Of a DNA stretch of 64,000 bases, positions 25,801 to 37,300 are shown piece by piece. Location: contig NC_052174.1 in the NCBI RefSeq assembly GCF_902713615.1, positions 14,068,514 through 14,132,513 of the forward strand, read 5' to 3'. Origin of the DNA: Scyliorhinus canicula. Lineage: Eukaryota. The notes under the pieces were generated by a model. That model made no database searches, had not been told where the DNA came from, and saw nothing but the letters and a program-made list of their open reading frames with translations. The position numbers and the translations under genes were made by a program. The stretch's first letter is position 1, and the number at the start of each line of letters is the position of its first letter.

Positions 25801-28800
25801 CTAACCACTAACTAGTATGGGCAAAATAAGACCAAATGGCGGGCCCCTGTGCTGTAAGATTATGGCCCCTGTTGCCGAGGTTATCTGACTGCACAAACTG
25901 GTGGCCAAAGGTTGGGTTTGACTGGTTTTGGACCACCTGGGCAGTGTTTAACCACCCCGAACCCCTCGGGTGTGGGAAGGGGGGGGGGTTAGATATATTC
26001 CTCACTCCTCGGTCAGAGGTGAGGAGCAGTGATCTAAACGTCAACCCGTCGATCATTGGGGACCAGCTGATGGTGAGTTCCTGATTCTGCCGTTGCTCTC
26101 GTTGGCGGTTCTGGGCCTTGCTGACGGTATTTCATTGCCAGGGCGCTGTGCTCGGTGTGGGGAGAACGTGGTTGGAGACGGCACGGGCTGCATCGCCATG
26201 GACCAAGTCTTTCACGTCGAGTGTTTCACCTGTATGACCTGTCGCTGCCGCCTGAGGGGCCAGCCTTTCTACGCCATCGACAAGAAATCATACTGCGAGT
26301 CCTGTTACATTGTAAGTAGCACGCAGCCGGTCACAACGTTGTAGCGCATTGCCAGTTACAATAAATGTAGAGCCCGTGGTAACTTGAGATGCACGTTGCA
26401 TGGGCAGATACAATACACATAGTGTGCAGCTGCTCACAACGCCTGTAGCTTGTGGCCATTTACAATGCACGTAGTAAGTTACGATGTCTGTGGCGCAGGC
26501 AGTTAAGATGCACTTAATGCAGAGCCTGTTCCGATGCATGTAGTGTGCAGCTGGTTACGATGCACGTAGCACAGGGATGTTACAATGCACATAGCCCGGG
26601 GACATTACCATGCCCGTGGTTCAGGGATGTTATGGTGCATGTAGTACACGGACGTTACGATGCCCGTAATGCACGGATAATAATCTTTATTGTCACAAGT
26701 AGGCTTACATTAACACTGCAATGAAGTTACTGTGAAAATCCCCTAGTCGCCACATTCCGGCGCCTGTTCGGATTCACAGAGGTAGAATTCAGAATGTCCA
26801 ATTCACCTAACAGCACGTCTTTCGGGACTTGTGGGAGGAAACCGGAGCACCCGGAGGAAACCCACGCAGACACAGAGAGAACGTGCAGACTCCTCACAGA
26901 CAGTGACCCAAACCGGGAATCGAACCCGGGACCCTGGCGCTGTGAAGCAATAGTGCTAACCACTGCGCTGCCGTGCTGCCTGTATGTTACGGTGCCCGTA
27001 GCACAGGGAAGTTAACAATGCTCGTAGTGCAGGTACGGTTTGGTGCACGTAACACGGGAGCGTTACGATGCCTGTAGTACAGGGGTGGGCAAACTACGGC
27101 CCGCGGGCCGCATGCGGCCCGCCAAAGGTATTTCTGCGGCCCACCAAGTCATTAAAAAAAAAAAAAAAAAATTTTTTTTTAAATTTTTTTTTTTTTTTTT
27201 TAATTTTTTAAAAAGTTAATGGGGGGGGGGCTGTTGGGTTACTTACTGGTATAGGGTGGATACGTTGACTTGAGTAGGGTGATCATTGCTCGGCACAACG
27301 TCGAGGGCCGAAGGGCCTGTTCTGTGCTGTACTGTTCTATGTTCTATATGAGGCGCCCAGAATCATAACCGGGTGAAGTAATTATTTTACTTAATATACT
27401 ATGCGGCCCTTTGTGAATTGTGAATTTCTGAATGTGGCCCTTGCACGGAAAAGTTTGCCCACCCCTGCTGTAGTATGTGGGCAGTTACAATGCATACCTG
27501 TGTCTCAGTGGGTCACCCGCCCAGCCATTTTCTATCGCATTGTCGGTCCAAACAATTGTAGCTTGACGTGAGAGCAAGAGAGAGAGAGAGCGAATGCATT
27601 TAGCTTAAATAATTCATTGATCCAGCGATACATTGAGCAAACATTGGGCTTCCCTGGATGAGCCCGATGCCTTCGATATTCCTCGAGCGCAGGGACACTT
27701 AACATTTCACCCTGTGCAAACCCAGCCAGATATCAAACCCTGGCCAATGCTGCCCTCCACAGGCCCTGACTGTTATTGCCACAATGTGCTCACTTTATCA
27801 GCACAGCTGGGCGATGAGCAGACTGCTGTTCTGTCTCTTTCAGAGTATTTGTGTCTTGCCTTAACTCTGAAACAGTGCCAAATGAGAGAGAGAGACAATA
27901 TGTCACCAGCACAATCACATTGCTAGTGGTGGGAGCTTGCTGTGCAGAAACTGGTGCCGTGTTTCATACATTCCAACAGGTAAAAGGTACCTCATCCCGA
28001 AATGGTGAACGATGCTATAGAAGTGCAGATTTGTTCTTGTGGTGCTTAATCGTCAACTCTAAGTAATGCACAGGAGTGCGGACCTGGATTATATGTTTGT
28101 GGGATCCTGCTGTGCCATCCCACTGCAGTGAGGGGCCTGGGGGGTGTACATTAGAAAGGGTGGTGACCGTCCAGCTTGTGAGAGAATTTTTATTCTGATA
28201 ATTTTATTCCATTTACTGTACAGAACACCCTGGAGCAATGTTCCGTCTGTTCCAAGCCCATTATGGACAGGATTCTACGTGCGATGGGCCGTGCCTATCA
28301 CCCACAGTGCTTCACCTGTGTGGTGTGTCACCAGTGCCTGGATGGGATTCCCTTCACTGTGGATGCTACCAGCCAGATTCACTGCATTGAGGATTTCCAC
28401 ATGTAAGTAACCCATGTGACATACAGAGTAAAGCTTCCTCCACACTGTCCCCATCAAACACTCCCAGGACAGGTACAGCACGGGGTTAGATACAGAGTAA
28501 AGCTCCCTCTACACAGTCCCCATCAAACACTCCCAGGACAGGTACAGCACGGGGTTAGATACAGAGTAAAGCTGCCTCTACACTGTCCACATCAAACATT
28601 CCCAGGACAGGTACAGCACGGGGTTAGATACAGAGTAAAGCTCCCCGTACACTATCCCCATCAAACACTCCCAGGACAGGTACAGCATGGGGTAGGGCAG
28701 CAAGTGGCGCAGTACGTTAGCCCTAGCCTCATGGCGCTGAGGTCCCAAGTTCGATCCTGGCCCTGGGTCACTGTCCGTGTGGAGTTTGCACATTCTCCCC

Positions 28801-31138
28801 ATGTTTGTGTGGGTTTCACCCCCACAACCCAAAGATGTGCAGGGTAGGTGGATTGGCCACCCTAAATTGCCCCTTAAGTGGAAAAGAAAAATAATTGGAT
28901 ACTCTAAATTTATATTTAAAAAAAAAGATAGCATGGGGTTAGATACTGACCCTCTGACAGTGCAGCACTCCCTCAGTACTGACCCTCTGACAGTGCAGCA
29001 CTCCCTCAGTACTGACCCTCTGACAGTGCGGCACTCCCTCAGTACTGACCCTCTGACAGTGCAGCACTCCCTCAGTACTGACCCTCTGACAGTGCGGCAC
29101 TCCCTCAGTACTGACCCTCTGACAGTGCGGCACTCCCTCAGTACTGACCCTCTGACAGTGCGGCACTACCTCAGTACTGACCCTCTGACAGTGCAGCACT
29201 CCCTCAGTACTGACCCTCTGACAGTGCGGCACTCCCTCAGTACTGACCCTCTGACAGTGCAGCACTCCCTCAGTACTGACCCTCTGACAGTGCGGCACTC
29301 CCTCAGTACTGACCCTCTGACAGTGCGGCACTCCCTCAGTACTGACCCTCTGACAGTGCGGCACTCCCTCAGTACTGACCCTCTGACAGTGCAGAGCGTC
29401 TGGCCAACCTATGCGCTCAAATCTCTGGATTGGAACTTGAACAATCTCTGGGGAGAGGGTGCTGGGTTTCTGCTGAATTTCGTATTGGGTTAATTAGTGA
29501 TTGGTTCGTGTTTATGATTCGGTTTTGACCTGCCCCACACATGGACCCAGTGTTGCTCCGAACTACTTGATGCCGTAGCTGAGGGGTGTTGTGTGATTTG
29601 TATCTTCACAGGAAGTTTGCTCCGCGCTGTTCAGTTTGTGCCAAGCCCATCATGCCTGAGGCTGGACAGGAGGAAACTGTGCGGATTGTTGCCCTGGATC
29701 GCAGCTTTCATGTCAACTGTTACAAGTGTGAGGTAAGAGCTCTGTGTCACAGGCAGGGGACACTTTCCCTGATTGTAGACGATGAAGGGGGGGGGAGGGG
29801 TCTAATCAAGCTGGGGGCAGGGACATGGGAACAGGACTAGGCCATTCGGCCCGTCGAGCCTGCTCCGCCATTCAGGTTCAGCATGGTTGACCGTTTACCT
29901 CCATCACAATCCCCCCTCCCCCAATCCCTTGATATCATTGGTCTCCAGAAATCTATTGGCTTCTGCCTTGAACCTGCTCGATGATTGAGCTTCCCCAGCC
30001 CTCTGGGTTGAGGAATGCCACAGGTTCACGACCCTCTGAGTGAAGAAATTCCTCCTCATCTCAGTCCCTAAATGGCCGACCCCTTATCCTGGGATTGCGT
30101 CCCCTGCTTTTCGACAGACCAGCCAGGGGGAAACATCTCGAGTACATCCAGCCTGTCGAGCCCTTTTAGAAGTGCGTAAGTCTCACTGAGATCACCCCTC
30201 ATTCCTCCAAATTCGACGGAATATGGGCCCAGTCTCCTCAATGTCTCCTCACAAGATAATCCCGCCACCCCTCGGATTAGTCTGGGGAACCTCCGCTGCA
30301 CTCCCTCTCTGGGAATATATCTGTCCTACAAACAGGAGGCCCGTATAGTGCACAATACTCCGGGTGAGGTGTCACCAAGACATCTTTATTCCTGTCCTCC
30401 AAGCCCCTTGCGATGAAGGCCAATTTGCCTTCCTAATTCCTTGCTGCTCCTGCCTGCGAGCTTTCAGTGGCTCGTGAACAAGGACACCCTTTGGACACCA
30501 ACACTTCCCAATCTCCCACCCTTTAAAGAATACTCTGCCTTTCTGTTCTTTCTACCAAAGTGGGTAACTTGACATTTATTCACATTATAGTCCATCGGCC
30601 ACGTCCTTGCTCATTCGCTTCGCCTGTCGAACTAGCCTTGAAGCTTCCTTGTGTCCTCCTCACAACTCCCATTCTCACCGAGTTTTGTGTGATTGGAAAT
30701 TTGGCAATGTTGCATTTTGTCCCAATATCCTCGCGCGGGGGGGGGGGGGGGGGGGGGGTGCTGAATTGGTCGCCTCCTGTGCTCTGCCGTCACAGGGCTG
30801 GTCCTGAGATCTTGTTCTGCGCAAACCTCTGCCTGGCCTCCCGCGTCACTGAAATGGTTACCTCAGAACAGCGCCATGGGCCCTGGGAAGGGATTGGGAG
30901 CTTTGTCGAGGTGGGGAAAGGTGCTATTTCAACGGGAGCTCTTTGAAATGTCTGTGAGCCGCTGCCTCCTCTTGACTCATCCCGTGTCCGTTCTGACCTC
31001 CCGCAGGACTGCGGCTTCGTCCTGTCGTCGGAGGGGGAGGGGTGTGGCTGCTACCCGCTGGACGGCCACATCCTGTGCAAGACCTGCAGCTCGCGAAGAA
31101 TTCAGGACCTCTCCGCCAAAATCACCACCGACTGCTGA
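13624..31138 (+). CDS. TRIP6: TRIP6 (zyxin/LPP family LIM protein), 665 aa. Exons 13624-13837, 21389-21546, 22079-22198, 22350-23132, 24133-24253, 26142-26311, 28224-28402, 29612-29732, 31007-31138
   Basis: Starts [10 protein letters not shown]; [20 protein letters not shown]; [21 protein letters not shown]; three LIM domains; ends TTDC, which is TRIP6-type (LPP ends STDL). Exon lengths sum to 1998 nt in frame, all introns GT-AG. Confidence 0.93.
13990..16700 (-). mobile_element. Long CR1 LINE fragment interrupted by SINEs
   Basis: [38 protein letters not shown] on the minus strand. Confidence 0.88.
17166..18065. repeat. Composite GC-rich array shifting from 12/20-bp units to 16-bp GGGTGCCGGGCGCTGT
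   Basis: Direct inspection. Confidence 0.95.
18458..19378 (+). repeat. 33-bp minisatellite ACTGTCAGAGGGTCAGTACTGAGGGAGTGCCGC
   Basis: About 28 copies, followed by Deu-SINE-like sequence. Confidence 0.95.
19800..21325. mobile_element. Dispersed LTR-like repeat, homologous to about 24700-25590
   Basis: Shared blocks such as cctgcagat..gcctgtgtca.actactg and acatcttaattgcac..ttgcagccacag. Confidence 0.5.
19992..20213 (+). mobile_element. Short AT-tailed V-SINE variant with long TSDs. Other copies near 16810-17033, 20495-20729, 25600-25808, 28694-28929, 32771-32995, 35627-35820, 36240-36438, 36815-37040, 38260-38440, 45740-45887, 47745-47967, 56270-56490
   Basis: tRNA head plus V core; TSDs AAAATCC(A/C)CTTTTAA, TTACAAAGGCTAAACAT, GTTTATACAGAGCA. 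Confidence 0.85.
21389..21546 (+). CDS. TRIP6: TRIP6 coding exon 2
   Basis: tggtag acceptor, gtgagg donor; phase 1 to 0 links exons 1 and 3; [15 protein letters not shown] resembles the TRIP6 N-terminal region. Confidence 0.7.
22079..22198 (+). CDS. TRIP6: TRIP6 coding exon 3 (nuclear export signal)
   Basis: [18 protein letters not shown]; ttgcag acceptor, gtgaga donor. Confidence 0.9.
22350..23132 (+). CDS. TRIP6: TRIP6 coding exon 4 (Pro/Tyr-rich, 261 codons)
   Basis: ORF 22377-23189; tttcag acceptor, gtaaga donor. Confidence 0.88.
24133..24253 (+). CDS. TRIP6: TRIP6 coding exon 5 (pre-LIM)
   Basis: [27 protein letters not shown]; gtgagt donor. Confidence 0.92.
26142..26311 (+). CDS. TRIP6: TRIP6 LIM1 exon
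   Basis: CARC...[11 protein letters not shown]...YCESCY. Confidence 0.93.
26678..26979 (-). mobile_element. SINE variant with (ATT)n tail. Other copies 14835-15125, 46990-47450, 31910-32040; different-head form at 20785-20944 and 47148-47335
   Basis: tRNA head plus GTGGCGACTAGGGG..TTCACAGTAACTTCATT...GTGACAATAA tail. Confidence 0.75.
27080..27467. mobile_element. hAT (Charlie-like) MITE
   Basis: 16-bp TIR CAGGGGTGGGCAAACT; perfect 8-bp TSD CTGTAGTA. Confidence 0.88.
28224..28402 (+). CDS. TRIP6: TRIP6 LIM2 exon
   Basis: [35 protein letters not shown]...HCIEDFH. Confidence 0.93.
28418..28693. repeat. 69-bp tandem repeat (4 copies)
   Basis: TACAGAGTAAAGCTCCCTCTACAC...GGGGTTAGA. Confidence 0.9.
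28944..29393 (-). repeat. 33-bp minisatellite, same unit as 18458, reversed
   Basis: About 14 copies. Confidence 0.95.
29612..29732 (+). CDS. TRIP6: TRIP6 LIM3 exon a
   Basis: [40 protein letters not shown]. Confidence 0.93.
29830..30730 (-). mobile_element. CR1 LINE fragment
   Basis: QRRFPRLI...MRGDLSETY. Confidence 0.75.
31007..31138 (+). CDS. TRIP6: TRIP6 last coding exon (end of LIM3, PDZ-binding TTDC)
   Basis: [43 protein letters not shown]. Confidence 0.93.
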   Translation, partial: DCGFVLSSEGEGCGCYPLDGHILCKTCSSRRIQDLSAKITTDC

Positions 31139-31795
31139 CTGCCCTCGTCTCTCTCCACGGCGGGTGAGGGGAGTGGGGGGATAGAATCTCGTACCGAGGG
31201 GGGGGAGACCGAGTGGGGACCTGACTGCAGGAGGGCAAGGACCCTTTCCAGAGACATCCCATGTGAATGGGACATGTTGCACTGGTCACGCGTGTGCTGG
31301 CACAGTGCTGAGCGCTGGCTGTTCCCTGGTTCTGCTCAGAGGGTCCTGGCTCCTCGTCTGCAGAAAAAGCCCCCCCCCCAGCCTTTCATTTAAAATTAAA
31401 CCGAAGTGACCTCGAGATTAATGGTGACACGGCGCCACGTTATTACCTGAAATCAGCACCCCCACCTCTCACTCCCACCCCTCTCTCGATTTAATCTGCT
31501 TGTGTGGTCCACTCATTCTGCCACCTCGCTCGTACTCGCCGCCCAGCTTGGCGCCGAGACGCTGGAGGGTGTCACACAAGCCGCGGAGAATGTTACTGAA
31601 ATAACCATCAGTGCCTTGGGCACTGTTGGTCAGACCCTTTCCCAGATTGAAACCCCCAAACCATTTATTTTAACACTCCCAGCCCCTCCCTTACCATCCA
31701 CCCTCTGGGGTCTAATGGGGTATGTTGCCGGGGAGGCATTGCTATTGTTATATCTCTGGATCCTGTTACAAGGCTGTGTGACAGCAAAATAGCCG

Positions 31796-31801
31796 AATAA
31801 A
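31796..31801 (+). terminator. TRIP6 polyadenylation signal
   Basis: AATAAA about 660 nt after the stop, followed by a T/GT-rich tract. Confidence 0.65.
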
Positions 31802-33431
31802 GCTTCATCAATTGTATCATTCCTCTCCTGTTTTATTCATTTGGGGGTTGGGGGTGTGGGGGGGGTCAGCTGTACAAATCCAGCTGTTGGTTTCCTATAA
31901 TCCTGTGGGTTACTGTGAAAATCCCCTCGTTGCCACATTCCGGCGCCTGTTTGGGTACACGGAGGGAGAATTCAGAATGTCCAATTCACCTAACAAGCAT
32001 GTCTTTCGGGACTCGAGCGCCCGGAGGAAACCCCCACAGACCACTGAAATTGATCAAAGAGTCAACGGTCGGAGATTACATGATGTGTCAAATTTTAGGG
32101 AGCGATTAACTGAGGCTGGTGAGTTGGCTGGAAAGCAGTTAAAATTGTCACAGCATGTGATGAAAAAAGGCGCATAAGAAATCCAAAATTTGTAGTTTTG
32201 TTAGTGGGGGAAAAAGTATTAGAATTATTGCCAGTGGTAGGCGAACCATTAAAAACCAAGATTTAGTGGGCCTTATCAATTTGAAAGGAAATTGAGAGAG
32301 GTGAATTGTTTAATACCAGTGCCAGATAAAAGGAAAAGTCAGAATGTGTCTTGTTATTATGCTCAAAAGGTATTTTGAGTGTGTTAATCGTTGTAACACA
32401 GGGAGAAGAGATAAATCCAGATGATTCGATTGAGTAATGAAGTAATGAGAAATGTGAGTAAATTGCTGAGATGCCTTCGGGAGGAATATCAAAGTGACCT
32501 AAAAGACTTATTACAGCCACATAGAGGTATTTGTGGGGACAAATTAAGTATAAAAGTATTTATACATGTGTAGGCAATTGTATTCCAATTAATCAACATC
32601 CATATAGCCACAATCACTTAACGTTGGCACAGGTTCAAAAGGAGATTGGAAGCATGTTTTAAAATGATATCTTTGAAGTCAGTTGCAGCAATTGGAGCTC
32701 ACCTATTGTGATGGTACCAAAACCAAATGGAACGCAACGACTGTGTGTGGACTATAGAAAAGTCAATGCTAGGGCAGCACGGAGCAGTGGTTAGCATTGC
32801 TGCCTCATGGCGCTGAAGACTCGGGTTCAATCCCGGCCCCGGGTCACTGGAGTTTGTACATTTCCCGTGCCTACATGGGCCTCACCCCCCACAACCCAAA
32901 GATGTGCAGGGTAGGTGGATAGGCCACGCTAAATTGCCCCATAATTGGGGGAGAAAAAAAAGAATTGGGCACTTAAAATTTATTTATTTTTTGAAAAAGA
33001 AAAGCCATCACAGTTACAAATTTGTACCCTATTCCTCGTGTGGATGACTGTGTTGAGAAGGTGGGACAAGCACATTTACTTGACCAAACATGACCTACTT
33101 AAAAAGATATTGGCAAATATCTTTATCAGGAAGGGCGAAGGAAGTTTTGGCACCAAACGGTCTGTATCAGTTTAAAGTTACGCCGTTCGGAATGACGAAT
33201 GCACCAGCAACTTTCTAAAGATTAACCAACGAGTTATTTCTGGGCTAAAGCATTGTGCCAAGTACGTAGACGATCTGGTGGTGTTCAGTGAAGGGAGCAT
33301 TTGGAATATTTAAGGGAATTATTCAGTCGACTACAGGAGGCTGGCTTGGTAAAGGTGGCTAAAATTGAATTCGGGGAAAGCTCAAGTCACAATCTCAGGC
33401 CATAAAATTGGACGTGGTCAGATGGTCCCAC

Positions 33432-34848
33432 TGTGCTTTAATAAAAACTTCTTTTTGCAATCTCCCCTAAACCTAAGGGTCAAAAAGACTCCTTATGCAG
33501 ACTTTGGTCGGTGCTATTCAGGGTCAAACTAATATTTCAAGTTATCCCTGGTGCAGTCTATATCTACAAAGAAGATTTTTATCTACTTACCACTCAGTAG
33601 CTTCGATCCTGTGCCCTGCTTGGCTGAGGTAACAGTATAATAGTAGACTTCCTCTATTTTGTAATAACCACTATTTCAGGTCAGAGGCAATTTTTAGTTT
33701 ACTTGATTTGTTTCAAAAGATAAAATTACTGTCATACAACAAGTAAAAAGATCTTGCTTCTGGAGTCCCGTCGAGTTGACCAGACCTTCGTGGCCCCCTT
33801 GACAATCTCTCTTCCTCTTGGTGTGCTCAGTAGTCGCTGTTCCCTATTCGAGTCCAGCTGTTCCCATGTTCCGAAGTAGCTGCATAGCTCGAAATACCGG
33901 CAACCAGCGATTCAGGGTTTTTATACTTTTTAATTGCCCTTACTGATTACATGATCTTTTCTTAAGTTAATATCTTCTGCTCATCCATGTATACATCATC
34001 AAGGCTTGATGTTTAATTTTGCTTCATTATTCATGCGTCATATAATTGCTTAACAGTTATTTGTTTCATTTTAAGCTAAAAGCGTCTAAAACGTAAGTAC
34101 TTCTTGCTGTGGTTTTTACATAAGGGCTGTATGTCAAGTAATACATCTTGTTGCTGTGGTGTTAACATTACCTTAGCTTGTCTGAATATTGGCAAGGAGG
34201 CTTGTCTGATCACTGGCAGGAAGAACTCCTTCATAGAATCATAGAATTTACAGTGCAGAAGGAGGCCATTCAGCCCATCGAGTCTGCACCGGCTCTTGGA
34301 AAGAGACTTCCCTACCCAAACCCACACCTCCACCCTATCCCCATAACTCAGTAACCCCACCCAACGCTAAGGGCAATTTAGCATGGCCAATCCACCTAAC
34401 CTGCACATAGAACAGTACAGCACAGAACAGGCCCTTCGGCCCTCGATGTTATGCCGAGCAATGATCACCCTACTCAAGCCAACGTAACCACCCTATACCA
34501 GTAACCCAACAACCCCCCCCCTTATTTTTTAGGACAGTAAGGGCAATTTAGCTAACCCGCACATCTTTGGACTGTGCAGAACTGAGGAGAACGTGCAGAC
34601 TCCGCACAGACTGTGACCCAAGCCGGGAATCGAACCCAGGACCCTGGAGCTGTGAAGCAATTGTGCTAACCACTTTGCTACCGTGCTTATTACTGTGTTC
34701 TATTTAACCCTTCAATCCTTTATAATTTTTAAGCATTTTATTACGTTTGCGTTTATAGGATATTTTCCTATTTGCTTTTTTCTTGTGTTCCTTTTGGGTT
34801 ATCATTAAAACCACATTTCAAATGACATTCGTCCCATGATCATTTACA
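33432..34848 (-). mobile_element. Solo LTR (about 960 bp plus nested SINEs 34232-34686) inserted in the gypsy RT
   Basis: TG..CA ends; 4-bp TSD CCAC; removing it restores ...MVPRNVKTKAIG... in frame; TATAAAA on the minus strand. Confidence 0.75.
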
Positions 34849-36453
34849 CCACGGAATGTGAAAACGAAAGCCATTGGGACGTTTCCAGTGCCATCAACGA
34901 GAAGAGACGTTCTGAGATTTCTGGGCGTGAGCAGTTTATACCGGAAATTCGTGTCCAATTTCAGCAGCAAGGTTGCTTCCCTAACTGAGCATCTGAAAAA
35001 GCGCGGGAAATTTCAGTGGACCGCAGATTGTCAGGAGGCATTTCACAAACTATGTCGACCGCCACACCAGTTTTGGCGACACCGGCCCATCGAGTCTGCA
35101 CCGGCTCTTGGAAAGAGCACCCTACTCAAGGTCCTCACCTCCACCCTAGCCCCATTACCCAGTAATCCCACCCAACACTAATGGCAATTTTGGACACTTG
35201 AGGGCAATTTAGCATGGCCAATCCACCTAACCTGCACGTCTTTGGACTGTGGGAGGAAACCGGAGCACCCGGAGGAAACCCACGCACACACTGGGAGGAC
35301 GTGCAGACTCCCACAGTGACACAAGCCGGAATCGACCCTGGAGCCGTGAAGCAATTGTGCTATCCACAATGCTACTGTGCTGCCCCTAGGGCCAAACAAT
35401 TTGTGGTGGCAGTTGATGCGAGCGATGTGGGTGCCGTGCCTTTACAAGAAAACGACAAAATGATCGAAAGACCTATTGGTTATTTTTCCAAAAACTATTC
35501 GAAATATTCATCAAAAGGAATATTCGACCATCGCGAAGGAGATTATAGAGTTCGGTATTGGCGTTGTAACATTCTGACATTTATGTTGCTTCTAATTCAT
35601 CTGAGGCAATTGTTTATACAGAGCAGAAGGCACGGGTTAGCCCTACGGCGCCGAGGTCCCAGGTTCGATCCCGGTTCTGGGTCACTGTCCGTGTGGAATT
35701 TGCACATTCTCCCCGTGTCTGCGTGGGTTTCGCCCCCACAACCCAAAAATGTGCAGAGTAGGTGGATTGGTCACCCTAAATTGGAAAAAATGAATTAGGT
35801 ATTCTAAATTTTTTTTTTAAGTTTATACAGAGCATAATCCATTAAAGTTTTTACAGACGTTTAAAAATCGAGATTCAAGACTATTCAGATGGAGTTTATT
35901 GCTACAACCGTTTATCTTGAAAACTGTACACGTAGCTGGAAGAGAAAACGTGATTGCAGATGCTTTATCACGACCTTCAGATGTAAGAAGGATGGAATGT
36001 TCAAAGTTGGGGGAAAAAATGGATGATACTAAATGTTTAAATTTGCATGCCCAAATACAATAAAATATGTATCTTGTCGAGTACGAGTAGTGTTTAAAGT
36101 TCAAAAGGCTTTTGGGGAAAACGAAACCATCTTTTATATTGCTGGCTCATTTTTTTAAGGGGGGAGGTGTGATGAATATCAGCAATTTTTATTTATATTT
36201 GTATTATGTGCCTGTGGCAGTCATGATATTAAAAGAACGTTTTAAAAATAAATTTAGAGTGCCCAATTCATTTTTCCAATTAAGGGGCAATTTAGCGTGG
36301 CCAATCCACCTACCCTGCACATCTTTGGGTTGTGGGGGTGAAACCTATGCAAACAGGGGGAGAATGTGCAAACTCAACACAGACGGTGACCCAGAGCCGG
36401 GATCGAACCTGGGACCTTAGCACCACCGTGCGACCCCATATTAAAAGAACTTA

Positions 36454-36584
36454 ATGATTCACCTGAGGAAGGAGCAGTGCTCCGAAAGCTAGTGATTGAA
36501 AACAAACCTGTTGGACTTTAACCTGGTGTTGTAAGACATCTTACTGTGCCCACCCCAGTCCAACTCCGGCATCTCCATATCATC
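36454..36584 (+). ncRNA. Short Penelope-type insert with a minimal type-I hammerhead ribozyme motif (core 36459-36495)
   Basis: TCAC-CTGAGGA-A-GGAGC/AGT/GCTCC-GAAA-GC-TA-GTGA; flanked by 10-bp direct repeat AAAGAACTTA (36444-53, 36585-94). Confidence 0.65.
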
Positions 36585-37041
36585 AAAGAACTTAGGATCA
36601 GGTATCCAGTCTGCTAAAGCTGTGATTAACAGGAGCCAGGCAAGCTGTGATGTCACACATGGGAGGGGCTGGGTCTGTTTTTTTAGTTTCATTTTCAAAC
36701 CTGCCCAGTGTCTGTTGGTTTTTATTTTTATTTTTAGAGTTCTGCTCTGGATTCTGAGAAAGGGTGTGTTTCTCAGACTGACCGTTTGGTAAATGTGTGT
36801 AAGAGTGTGGTTTTAAAAAAAAAAAAAATTTCGAGTACCCAATTACTTTTTTTTCCAATTAAGGGACAATTTAGTGTGGCCAATCCATCTACCCTGCACA
36901 TCTTTGGGTTGTGGGGCCGAGACTGACACACACACTGGGAGAATGTGCACACTCCACACGGACAGTGACACAGAGCTGGGACCGAACCCAAGACCTCGAC
37001 GCCATGAGGCAGCAGTGCTAACCACTGCACCACCGTGCCGC

Positions 37042-37265
37042 TATATGTGTGTGTAAGTGCATGCGTGTATAAGAGTGTGTGTATGCGTATGTGGGCGTGC
37101 ATGTATATGTGCGTGTGTATGTGCCATGTGTGTGTGTGTAAGTGCACGTGTGTATCTGCGTGTGCATGTATGTGTGTGCAAGAGTGTGTGTAAGTGCATG
37201 TGTATATGTATGCGCATGCATGTATAGGTGTGTGCATGCGCGTGTGTGTGTGTGTGTGTGTGTGT

Positions 37266-37296
<31 letters not shown>

Positions 37297-37300
37297 CGTA
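37042..37300. repeat. (TG)n/(TA)n microsatellite complex
   Basis: Direct inspection. Confidence 0.9.

Larger units (their letters stand above)
32040..36810 (+). mobile_element. Decayed Ty3/gypsy element with integrase tail upstream of RT (Gmr1-like order); PPT and start of 3' LTR at 36168; broken up by SINEs and a solo LTR
   Basis: FSGPY integrase tail near 32262; SSPIVMVPKPNGTQRLCVDYRKVN near 32690; PFGMTNAPATF; YVDDL at 33263; AVDASDVG, RPIGYFSK, NVIADALSR; AAGGGGGGAGG|TGTGA. Confidence 0.8.

Noticed and set aside
13624-31138. Calling the LIM gene LPP or zyxin
   Set aside because: [18 protein letters not shown] and C-terminal TTDC are TRIP6-type.
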